A stretch of 64,000 nt of DNA. Source: Oculina patagonica. Its lineage: Eukaryota. Below the pieces are notes generated by a model. It was not told where the DNA came from. It ran no database searches and saw nothing but the letters and a program-made list of their open reading frames with translations. The stretch is from positions 62,434,001 through 62,498,000 of the forward strand of contig NC_135761.1 of assembly GCF_052425735.1 (NCBI RefSeq). The letters run 5' to 3'. Positions 39,082 through 50,461 of the stretch are shown piece after piece. Each line of letters starts with the position of its first letter. Position 1 is the stretch's first letter. Both the position numbers and the translations under genes were made by a program.

Positions 39082-41087
39082 TACGGTGTACGATGAGTAT
39101 CATGCGTTAAAATCTTGAAAAAATACATAAAATCTTGAAAAGTTACATGAAATCTTGAAAAAATACATAAAATCTTGAAAAGTGACATGAAATCTTGAAA
39201 AACACGAAAAAATCTTGAAAAAAAGTAAAGAATCTTGAAAAACGCGAAAAAATCTTGAAAAACGCGAAAAAATCTTGAAAACGCGAAAAAAATCTTGAAA
39301 AACGCGAAAAATCTTGAAAAACACGAAAAATCTTGAAAACGCGAAAAAATCTTGAAAAACGCGAAAAAATCTTGAAAACGCGAAAAAAAATCTTGAAAAA
39401 CGCGAAAAATCTTGAAAAACACGAAAAATCTTGAAAACGCGAAAAAATCTTGAAAACGCGAAAAAATCTTGAAAAACGCGAAAAAATCTTGAAAACGCGA
39501 AAAAAATCTTGAAAAACGCGAAAAATCTTAAAAAACACGAAAAATCTTGAAAACGCGAAAAAATCTTGAAAAACGCGAGAAAACTTGAAAAACGCCAAAC
39601 AATCTTGAAAATCATTGAAAATCACGCGACAATCTTGATATAAACGCTGACAGGCCGCTGACAGGCCGCTGTTAGGCCAAACGCGACTCCCGTTGGCCGC
39701 TTAAAGTTAACCTTCAGTCTGTTTAATTATGGATTTTACGTTCTCTAGATCTCTAGAGCTGTTTCAGTAAAAATATTAATGCCATTTTGTTTGCTTGTTC
39801 TGTGGCATGTTTAGTTAAAAGTCGTTTATCAGTCCTTTAAAAGAATATTGTTGTCTCACTGTCTGGAACGTGTATCGGATCAGTAGACCTCTTGAACATA
39901 GCCTGCAGAACAGGCGGTTTATTTTGCGGGTCGAGGCGCGAAGTGCTAGGTTTTTATTTAGCGGGTCACGCGAGGGCGAGCGCGAAGCGCGAATGAAAAA
40001 TATAAAAACCGCCTGTTCTGCAGGCTATCTCGAACAATGATTTTGTTTACATAAGCGTGCGGTCAGCTCGCAGGATTATGTCTTTTCAACGGATGCGAAG
40101 ATCTAAGATCCGAGTCCTTTCAAGGGTAATGCAGTCTCAAAGCATTGTGAGTTATTTCAGTTTTCAAGCTCCCCTTAGCTTGGGTGTTGAGATTTGTACA
40201 AAAACGGCAAATCGAATGATTCAAATAATTGGACGAGACTTTAGGAGCAACTGATGAGTTCCACTGAAGAACCGAAACTCGAGTCTTGCTTAAGAATAAA
40301 AAAATTGCCAGAAGAGATCATCGTTACCGCATCCTGGAGACTTCAAATGCAGTAATCAAACTGTAATGGAATTTATTTGTTGGATGCAAGTAACGAGACA
40401 AAACGAATAAAAAAATGGAGGCAGTTAGTTGAGTTCCAAAACGCAAATCTCAACCAATACTTTTACCGAAACAGCTCAAAGGGAGTAGTGTTTGGCCTAA
40501 CAGACATGTATTCAACATGCAAGCACGTCGTCTCACGTGAGATCAATATCTCATTTGACCTTTATTAATCTTCAAGCTTTTTCGCGTTTTCAAGATTTTT
40601 TTCGCGTTTTTCAAGATTTTTTACCGTTTTTCAAGATTTTTCGTGTTTTTCAAGATTTTTTTCGCGTTTTCAAGATTTTTTTCGCGTTTTCAAGATTTTT
40701 TCGCGTTTTTCAAGATTTTTTTCGCGTTTTTCAAGATTTTTTACCGTTTTTCAAGATTTTTCGTGTTTTTCAAGATTTTTTTCGCGTTTTCAAGATTTTT
40801 TTCGCGTTTTCAAGATTTTTTCGCGTTTTTCAAGATTTTTTCGCGTTTTTCAAGATTTTTTACCGTTTTTCAAGATTTTTCGTGTTTTTCAAGATTTTTT
40901 TCGCGTTTTCAAGATTTTTTCGCGTTTTTCAAGATTTTTTCGCGTTTTTCAAGATTTTTCACTTTGTTTTCAAGATTTTTTCGAGTTTTTCAAGATTTCA
41001 TGTCACTTTTCAAGATTTTATGTATTTTTTCAAGATTTCATGTAACTTTTCAAGATTTTTTACGCATGATACTCATCGTACACCGTA
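39082..41087. mobile_element. Foldback-type DNA element (2.0 kb) with ~620-bp TIRs built from ~20-bp tandem units and a 6-bp TSD
   Basis: Termini TACGGTGTACGATGAGTATCATGCGT / ACGCATGATACTCATCGTACACCGTA; AAATTA at 39076-39081 and 41088-41093. Arrays of AAAAATCTTGAAAAACGCG (39108-39640) and its reverse complement (40570-41060); inner TIR match 39669-39700 vs 40472-40502. Confidence 0.9.
39899..40027. mobile_element. TAG..CTA mini-element with 9-bp TSD (Academ/AcademH-like MITE), nested in the foldback spacer
   Basis: TIR TAGCCTGCAGAACAGGCGGTTT / AAACCGCCTGTTCTGCAGGCTA; flanks TCTTGAACA (39890-39898) and TCTCGAACA (40028-40036). Confidence 0.8.
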
Positions 41088-41497
41088 AAATTAGTTTCCT
41101 GAGAAGGTTTTTCGACGTAATTTGCTTCTCACTTCTTTCTAATGGGGATCTGTTTTATCTGGAGGCATTATGTATTAAATAGAGCCGTAAGATTGTGGCC
41201 AAGGAAATGTCTAGAGGTCATTGCATAAATAGTCTGCGCTGCGTGGTTTCCTGTTTGTTTCACACTTCTTTGCCACATGTTTTGCTAGTTTAGTTTGTTT
41301 TTGCTCAAGTCTATTTGTAAAATACGCTTTAAACTCTCGAAATTTACGCCGTGGAAGGACAAGATATATGTTCCGTGAAAACGTTGATTACTTGCATTTT
41401 GTTGATACTGTTGCAAGATGTATTGTGTATTACACTTAATATATCTTGGTCCGGCTTCGCAAGTGACAACCGGAAATGAATTTGATTGCTTGACGCT

Positions 41498-41904
41498 TAA
41501 AAGACTTTATCCCTGGTCCTCTTCGTGCCAAATTTCGAGTTTAGTGCTCGCCTTATTTCATCCCAGACCTTTCGTGCTTCTCTGCTCTTCAGGCGATCGA
41601 AATTATCAGCCCAAAGACGAATTAGCATTTTCTGATCATCGTCGGACCCATTTGTCGTAAGTTCTCTTTACCGGTCCGGATTCGGGAGAAGATGCTGTAC
41701 TTGCAACAGCAACGGGACTCGTCGGGGAGCTCGTTATATCGCTCGATGCGCTCCCTGGCCTGCTTTGACTGCCTTCACCCACGTTTAACTGCGAATGCAG
41801 TTCATTCATAAAAGGGCCAAACTGCTGTTGCTGCTGCTGCTGCTGATCAAAAAAGTAACCGGATAAAATGGTGTTGAACTGAGAAAAAAGCCACCTCCAT
41901 CCAT
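41498..41904 (-). pseudogene. Frameshifted, truncated Myb/SANT-like (trihelix) DNA-binding protein, probable PIF/Harbinger accessory gene relic
   Basis: Reading across two frameshifts: MDGGGFFLSSTPFYP/GYFFDQQQQQQQQFGPFMNEL...SPESGPVKRTYDKW/SDDDQKMLIRLWADNFDRLKSREARKVWDEIRRALNSKFGTKRTRDKVF*. The three-Trp spacing fits a trihelix domain; helix 3 is cut off. A Harbinger-like end (AGGGCCGGGTCGCAC on -) lies at ~42126-42140. Confidence 0.7.
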
Positions 41905-42231
41905 GATCGAGTGTTCTAGCGAAGTTCCCGCGCTTTGTGTCATGACCTTCAATGTCATTTCCCTGACAGGTTCTGTTATCACTGGAGACGGCTTCCTTTG
42001 TTATTAAAGACAAAATTTTGGAAAATCGGTTCGCCTTTTTTTTTAAGTGGAGGTCGCACTTAAAAATCTCGCGTGTTGATAGATTTTCACCGCAAAGTAA
42101 ACAAATTCTTCCAAAAAATTTTTTAGTGCGACCCGGCCCTAAGAAAAACAAACAAAAAGGAATTATGAATTTGACTTGTGACCTTAGTGTCTTCAAAATA
42201 TCATATCACGTTCTGGAAAGCGTATACAATT

Positions 42232-42490
42232 AACAAAGCAAAGCAAATTAATTTCCTGTTTCTCAGATAACGATAATCGCACTTCCCTTAATCCTTTTAT
42301 TCTGTTTCTACACTATTCGTAATACGCCCTTCCTATTCTTTACTGAATAAAGTTTAAAGAAACGAACAAAGCCGAAGATGAGATACCACATCAATATTTT
42401 TGTTTGCGTGGTAACTTCACTTAATATTCTCCTTTTGACACATCATTTGACATATCTGAAAACTGCTCTGACTTCAACAACCCTCGACCC
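42232..42490 (+). repeat. ~260-bp direct repeat, copy B
   Basis: Paralog of 38680-38940; its start (AAAGCAAAGCAAATTAATTTCCTG) also matches the joined flanks of the foldback element. Confidence 0.9.
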
Positions 42491-42975
42491 TAACACGCAC
42501 CAAAATGGCTTTCTTGTAACGCAAACAGAAATTTAACAACAGCTTTTCTGCCAGCCGCATACTTTAACAATACCCACCGCAAATATAATATCAAAACACA
42601 AACCTACCGTAAAGATAAATTCATTTTCCATGTAAAAAACTACCTATTTAAGCAACATATGTGAGATAAAATCTCCTTATCAGATTTGGCGGTATTACTA
42701 AAGATGATACTTCATGTAATATATTACATTATTCACATACCTTAGCAATCCAAACATTTACACCATGTCTCACACGTGTAAATAAGCACGTTTAAAACTC
42801 GACAAGAGAAAACGCGCAATACGAAGAACAGCATCCCGATGCATCTTATCAGCAAAATGTATCTATGTAAATATGCCTATTTCTTACCTTGTTTCCTTGC
42901 TACTTTATCACTTCGTTACCTTACGAGAGGTCTTACACAAAGCACTATCCTGAGCTACCAAGTTCCCTCGGATAA

Positions 42976-43031
42976 TCTCGTGTTACGTCACGGTCACGTC
43001 GTTCACGACGTGACCGCGACGTAACACGAGA
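42976..43031. repeat. CpG-rich hairpin: 26-bp stem, 4-nt loop
   Basis: TCTCGTGTTACGTCACGGTCACGTCG-TTCA-CGACGTGACCGCGACGTAACACGAGA, one mismatch. Confidence 0.9.
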
Positions 43032-44734
43032 CAAAAGAAACCTCCCCCCCCCCGCCCCCCCCCCCCCACCCCGCCTACTTAAATACCATTTTTCGACTAG
43101 CCACGTTGGCTCGAAAAAAAAGATCGATTTAAACATTTAAAGCATTGGAATGGCCATAGTCTTGTAGTCTCGTGAAAAGGGCATTATGTTTTCCCTCAAG
43201 TTTGTTCCGTTCCTGGCTTTGGGTAAATTTCACTTCACTACACATAAGCGGCGAAGCAGGGGATCAGGGGGCCTGCACCCCCCCCCCCCAACAAAAATTT
43301 GGGGGGCTCAGCCCCCACGTTTTGGTGCGAGTTTTCCGGCACCAAAACGTAGGGCAGCGTAAAATTGGTTTATCAAGATATTCCTTCTCGTAAGTAAGTT
43401 CAAACATCTTCGAAACTTCGTTAACTTTCGGAAAAGTTCGAAAAATGATCGAAACGTTCGTTTGGCCTTAGAACAACAATCGGATGATCTTCGGAAATTT
43501 TCGGTTTACAAACTGCTCAGAAAACAAACAATCGCTACAACGGAAAAAAGTTTTTCCAAATATGAAAACCTGCCGAGTATTTTTGAACCAGTCTTATCCC
43601 GCCTCCCTCTCCCCACGTTCCAAAACGCTCCGCCGCCTTTGCTTCACCCGGTTGATCCCGCCTCCTGCTAAGCTATTGCTCATTATTGCAACAAAACATA
43701 TGATAATGGAAACTATTTTATAAAAGATGTACTACACATTTCTTTAGTTTGTTAACCATTCTCGGTAAAGTACAACATCAATGCACGTCAGGTTAATATC
43801 AGGCAGTAGAGTAATTTACTTGTAAGAGTACCAGACTTTACCAGGAGGGAAATTTCCTGTAGCTATTGAGTAGTCTAGCCTCTTGACTCCCAAACCCTCC
43901 CCACCCACCACTACCGCGACCCCGGAGGAAGGTTTGAAAACGAAAACACATAAACAATAAGTTCTGAATATTATTTTTTAATTAATTCTATTATTTTCAA
44001 TGCGAAAAAATAATTTCAGTGTCGCAGTATTTACACAGACTTAAAAATACTCAAAAGCTCTCGTTCTTTAGTTACTAAAACACTTAACTGTTCTTAATAG
44101 ACGAACACTTAACAGACAATTGTACTACACAATCGAAAAATTTCTATCACCTGCTTTGACAAGAAAATGAAAAGAAACTCTTGGCTACATCGGAAAACAA
44201 GCTCTCCGCTAACGTTACTTCGGCTGCCCACCCCCACCCCATTGCCTAATCGGTTTAACTGACAGTAAGCTGATACGTTTCCTCCTATTCGTGTGAACCC
44301 TTCTTCGCCGAAGCCATGTACAGGACTGTACAGGAAATTTAATTATAACAACAACAAACATTACCAAAACATTCACATGACAAGGAGCTACTCGCCAAAA
44401 AGTCCAGTTCAGTCTTACACGAAAAAAGATAAACTTGTATTTATCCATTAAACGCCTTATCTTAAAACAGTTATAAACGTAAAATTCTAGGGTTAGTCTA
44501 CCCAGGAATTAAGTATTCCATACAGTTACAGTATCCTTACAAAAATCTGTGATTCATTGTTGCTTGGTTATGAAGTTTTTTTCGCGAGTAACAGGCAATC
44601 GAAATACCACACGGATCTCTGCAAAGACGACTTTTGAATTGAGCGCGCAGAGTCAAGCGTTTTTGTTTGTTTGCTTGTTTTTTACCTCAGACTAGCCTGA
44701 GCATTTGATTGGCTTTTTTATAAGTCACGCGAGA

Positions 44735-46560
44735 CTAGAAACACAAGCAACCCGTTGTCTTTTCCTCTTTATCTTTTTTCTTATTCTTGTCGTCATCCTG
44801 GCACCAAGCGAGGCAGGGACACAGCTCCATTATAAAACTATAGAAAATCTTGTACGCCAAGAAGCCAACAATGAGTATAACCCAGAATACCAGGCCTATC
44901 ATAAAGATGATGTCAGAAGGACCAGCAACTGTACTCTCCAAATCCGGGACCTCTACCATCACTCTGAGCTTGGCTATGCCCATACATGGAGCCAGGACCA
45001 TCACCATGAAGCCAAGTCCAGCTGGCATAGCTATCAGGAACCTCAATGGATAACAGCTCCAGCAAAATGGGTTCCCAATCCAGAAGTACAGCGGAAGGAT
45101 CCCTGTGAATAATTATAGACAGAAGTGTTTATCATTAAATTGCAGTGTTAGGTGCCCTATCGCGGTCTCTCGTAAGTAATTTTAAGTTCAGAAACAAAAA
45201 CACCACCACCTCGGGAAGCCAGAGGCCCTGAAGCTGGTTTGACTGAGTGTGACGCTTTACGGTTTGAAATACTCATGGTCTAGGTGAGTTTTCCTTTTCA
45301 AATTAGAGCCTATGCAATAAGTTAATATGGGCAAGGAGTTCGACTGAATTTAAAAGTAAATTAACTTTGTAACCCACTTCGCTTACTGAAACAAGATCCA
45401 TAGCTTTTGAAAGTTATGAGCAGTTTCCAATTGAGTGCCGAAAAACCAATGCCAAAAAATGTACAACCCAGTCAGAACATATTAATTTTTTGCCACTAGT
45501 CAGCTCGTTTAGTTTTTACCATTAAGTTAATTTATTAAAAGCTGTACTATACTCTCTCTTTTCCTGGCAAAAAATGGTTGTTGGTTGGTTAATCCAGTGA
45601 ACCAATTGAAACTCGAAACAACTGCATGTAGCTGGCCCAAAGCGCAGAAAAACGTGCGCGAGGGTGTCATGATTGGTTTTGGTTCACTTCTGAAAGTGGA
45701 AAAGTGGCACGAGTACACGTATATTAGTCTTTTTTTAAACCAATAACTAAGCGTAGTAATGCAAAACCAAAGCAAATGCGAATTACTGGTTTCGACACTC
45801 AAGTAAAATTAAACTGCTCCATACATAAAAACTTAAATGCTGATACAGCTAAAATCGCCTTACCTTTATAAATAGTTATTAGTGCCACGGCTGACACTTT
45901 AAGCCCAATCCACAGGCTGCTCCTACTCAGAGAGAGTTCTGCGGGAATCGAGCTGGCACTTACTGCGCATTCCCAACAGTTTGCTGGCCCAAAGTAATGC
46001 ACACTCAGCTCCACGGCCAAACAAGACACTGGAATGTCGTGTACAAACGTCTCCAGGCACATGAATACGGTGTGAATGTGGACAATACTTCGGTAATATT
46101 TCGGTGTGTCCATCGCAGCAACTTCGTGCTCAAATTCTGGATCATGGCAGTGCTTGCATAAATTTGGAAGTAATGTGCACAGATGTGCAATATAAAGTCC
46201 CACACCGATTCCAGCAAAAATTAGAAAAAACCATTGTAGAATCTCCAGCGTAGTGATATGCTTGTCAAGATCAGACAATGTATAATTGCCTGGTTCTCTG
46301 CAGTAAATCACTTTTGTCCCTCCCGGATCAACTTGGGTGCCATTTATGTTCGATGAGCTGCTTTCGAGTTCATTGCATTTCTTCACAGCGTTAAACACGT
46401 CAAAAAACATGCCTATATCTGAGGCGACGTTGTACCCTTGTAAAACGCTGTACACGGTGAACTGAATAATGTATGAGGTCTTCATTGTCATTTCACGACA
46501 GAATACGGCGCAAATCGCTGAACAACAGCCTATACACAACTCACAAAGTCGATCCGCCAT
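44735..46560 (-). CDS. Uncharacterised Cys-rich multi-pass (about 6 TM) membrane protein, paralog A, 354 aa
   Basis: Exons 45864-46560 and 44735-45102 joined by a phase-1 GT-AG intron (...ITIYK-G-ILPLYFWIGNPFCWSCYPLR...). AAGATGG start context; ends KNKKKDKEEKTTGCLCF*. Homologous along its length to 50462-52107 with the same intron position. Confidence 0.88.
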
Positions 46561-49500
46561 CTTGAATTCCTTGCTAATCAGCCGAACTTAAGTTTGGGAG
46601 TCAAAAGTTTTGTCGATCTAATGAATTAAAAAGAGTATGGTCAAACTAAAGCGAAATTAAACTACACCACGATTGCATAAGTTTATACAAACTTCTGGAT
46701 GACAATTACTGTTTGATCAATATTTGCTATAAAAATCCTTCAACTAAATTAACAGCTAATGATGTTTTGAATCAAATCAACAATGGATCATAGAGTCCAG
46801 GACTCTCTTTCGATTTACTGTACTCATTGCAAGTTTGCAGTGTCAAGTTGTTGTTGATTTCTTCCACAGATCTGTACGTGTGTATGTTTCAACAACTCTA
46901 TTTAGATATTATTCTCTTTCAAGTATTTGCGTTTATCGCATGATTTAATACTAAGTATAAAAAAGAAAAAAATACCTTCAAATCCACAGAATGCTTGTCA
47001 GCTTGAAGCACTAGCAATGTTAACTTGTTGTCTGTTAATAATCCAAGGAAACTACCGCTAGTTTTGGGAAGGTAACGAAACTCTTGTAGAAACAAAAGTT
47101 CTGTTTATACAAATGAAAGCGACGGACTCAAGCGACCGTGAAGTGAACATTGTATTGATCCGATGAGTGGAAGTACAAAATATTTGCATACGCCTGCTAA
47201 AGAATTCGAGCGTGACCTTTTTAGAGAATAGAACTGAATAGTTTCAATTTTTCCGAATTTATAAACTTCCTTCCGCTCTGAACGCAGAAATAGTACCATT
47301 ATTTAACTGAATAGGCGTAAAAATGTTTTAGTGTTTGCTTGATACCTTATATATTATGAGTGGTTTAACATGCAAGGCAACAATCCAACTGAAAGACTAC
47401 GTTGATTGCTCAGGTCAATTCTCATTACATGCCTGCTTGATAATGTATTGCGTCCCTATTGAAGATGTAAGGAGAAATTAGATTTTGATGACAATAGGAA
47501 ATCATTTGAAGAAGAGAAGTTCTGCTCGCTTGATTGCCCCCTTTATTCATATAAAAGTAATATTGTGTACATAATCAAGTAGAGCAGGCAGATTTTCGAG
47601 ATCCTCGATCGGCAGAGTGAGTGCGCGAGTAGGTCGCGAAGTACGAGCCAAGAGCTCTTATCCCACGCGAGTCCGTTCTCCCGCGCGCGTGTTTCCCGTG
47701 TCGCGATATGATGCGCGTGGCAAAGTATGACGGGAAACAGACAGAACGTTGACCGACGGAGCATTCATGGCGGAAGATATACGGAAACTGTAGTGACGAC
47801 GCGATACTTTATTGGCGGGATTCGTGGGAAACAAGAAACTGTGACGGACATAGTATATTACGGCGGGTAACTCGTTGTACATGACAGAATTTGAAGCTTT
47901 CTTTGCAGTCACCTAAAAGGCGTAGGCATAAAATTAAATAACAGGTGTAGATGCCGACCCTTATTATTAATTTTATTTATTATATATGGGTTGCAATATT
48001 GACACCTTGACTTGAATATTCCTTTACGATTTCAAACAATCTTCTAATTTTTACGATTTTAGTCTGGGTATTCAACCAATCCCTGATATTGGGATTATCT
48101 TAAGCTACTCCCAACTTGGCTTCATAGTTCAGCTGGTAATTGGGGCATTTTGGCAGTGTCTCGGAGATCAAGGTACGTTTGAATCCCGAAATTGAGGACT
48201 GGATTATTTTATAGCCAAGAGTTACTTTCACTACATACAAATATAATGTTCACCATTCAATGACTTTGAAAATAATAATTTATTTTTTTTTTGCGTAAGT
48301 TACACTGATTTTATACACAGAAGTCGACACACTTTTACAACAATGAATTTTATCTTAAATACAGGACAATAACAATACAACAAACGATGCTAAATATAAG
48401 CTTATTCCTTAATTTTGCTTCAGTTGCTTCTTTCAAACTACCTAATTGATGAGTCGGCATAGCTGGCATAGCCTTTAATTTTACGAGTTCGTGGCGGCCA
48501 TTAATCACAACCCGCAGAGAGTCGTCTCTGGTTATCGCATCCTACGCTAGTACTGGCCAATAGCAGAAAGCGGTATCAAGACAGCTTACTGGAAAGCTAG
48601 CGAGCTAGAAACTGAAATTGCACGAATTTCTCTACCATTTTTATCACAAGATATCACGATATCCTGTGAAACATAAGTTTGCTATAACCAAAAAATTTCT
48701 TTTATTATAACCCAATTGTCACCAACCAATTGAAAATAGAGCGGGAAAACTCACGTAGACCACGAGAGCTGCGTAGACTAGCATCTCACTAGCTGGAAAC
48801 TAAATCTCTGCTACTATTGGTCAGCACATAGTGCACACGCGCGGTTCTATAGCCATAGCTACCAAAACACATTGCATATAGCCTTCCTATGATTGCGGTC
48901 TTTTGCAATTGAAGTCCGAGAATGGAAGTTCTATCCTATTGCTGTCATTGTTTCAGGGTTATTACATCATTTTAGGTCAATAACATAGTTTACAGACCTG
49001 TAAAAATTACATAGACTTAATTATAATTAATTATATACGACAACCGCTACACACAACACTGTTTAATCATCCTAGTCCCTTGGCGTGCTCGGCTCAAGGG
49101 AGTCTGGGCCTACGCGGTCACCGAACCAAGAGAGAACGCCTAGTGACTAGCTGATATTTACTGAATATATAGCTATAACTTAACTCCCCTTACGATTATT
49201 TTAAAGCCCTCTGAATTGTTTATGTATTCCACACTCATAATGAAAATAGCTCACATTTACGTGACATTTGTCGGACCGAGGAAAACTAGTTTAAAGGGAG
49301 AAATTATGAATGCATACATAAATCCTCACATTGCTAGGTATAACTTGGAAAGCAAATCGTACTTAAACGACTAAAGTATATTATAGCTCGATATTTGCCT
49401 TGCTTAATTTAGTTACCTTATACTACCTTGAATTCCTTAAAAACTAGACATGGCCCATGCCTGGTCAAATAAAAATCAATGTCTTTACAAGATACACTTT

Positions 49501-50461
49501 ACATGGATTTTCAAAAATAAATGGCTAATAACTTAATTATATTTCGCTTTTGGCAGTCACGAATTTGCTGTATATTTGTTATGTATATTTCCTCAAAAAT
49601 GATATTATAGACATCAAAGCGTTAAAATAAGAATGATATTTCTAAACTTAAAAGAATTTGTAAAAAAAAAGTGCAAATTAAATCTATTTATACTATTCAA
49701 ACAAGAAGCGGCATTTTACAAGACCAAGACCCATTGTCCCATTTACTGGAACTAAACAAACGCCAAAAAATTTAAAGCATAAATAACAAAGATCGGCGGC
49801 GCGGACCTTGGTCTACAAAGCGCTTTACGAAAACAAATGAACAAATATTAAATCTATCTTTTTCACTTGCCAGTTTTATTTTTTATTACTTTAACTTTTA
49901 ACTTTTTTGTATTTTTGTGTCCTCGTCATTTTTTCTAACTTCATTATTTTATTTTGGTGAGGCGCTTTTGATAAAACAAAATTAAATTGTTTATCCCTAG
50001 TAATCCGCTTTCCCCATGTTCACCGAGCGTGTCAGTTCTAGATGACATTGGATGTCTTGGGGACATTTACTGCCTCATTTATTTCAAACATTTTTGTATA
50101 CGTTATACTCACTTTCTTTCTTTGCTTGTTTTGTTTTCTTCCTTATTCTTTTTGCTTTGCATTTTTTTATGGGGAAAGAGGGTCGGGGTCTATACATAAG
50201 AAGTTCAGTCCAGTTAAGCAAAACACAGTCTCAAAAGTAACAACTTGCATTGCTTTTGTAAGCAATGGACATAAACAGATGACTAATGTGGCTTGGGTGC
50301 AACATACCTACTTTCCTTCCGCTCCCCCTCACCATCCCCTTCTCCTCCCCATCCATCACAGCTCCCCTCCCCTCCCCTACCCTTCCCCCACTATGATGCC
50401 GGAACAAGCAAACAAACTAACAAATAAACAAAACAAAACAAAAATTTGTTCTACCGTCTCA

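Noticed and set aside
39048-41182. Phe/Arg-rich ORFs of 124-183 aa, and a CRISPR-like look to the arrays
   Set aside because: The ORFs are translations of the stop-free 20-bp repeat in all frames. There are no unique spacers or cas genes, and the context is eukaryotic.
44705-45112. Plus-strand 135-aa ORF with a signal-peptide-like start (also 11538-11759, 12150-12449, 51632-51952)
   Set aside because: Antisense shadows of real minus-strand exons; the hydrophobic start is the complement of the Lys/Glu-rich tail.
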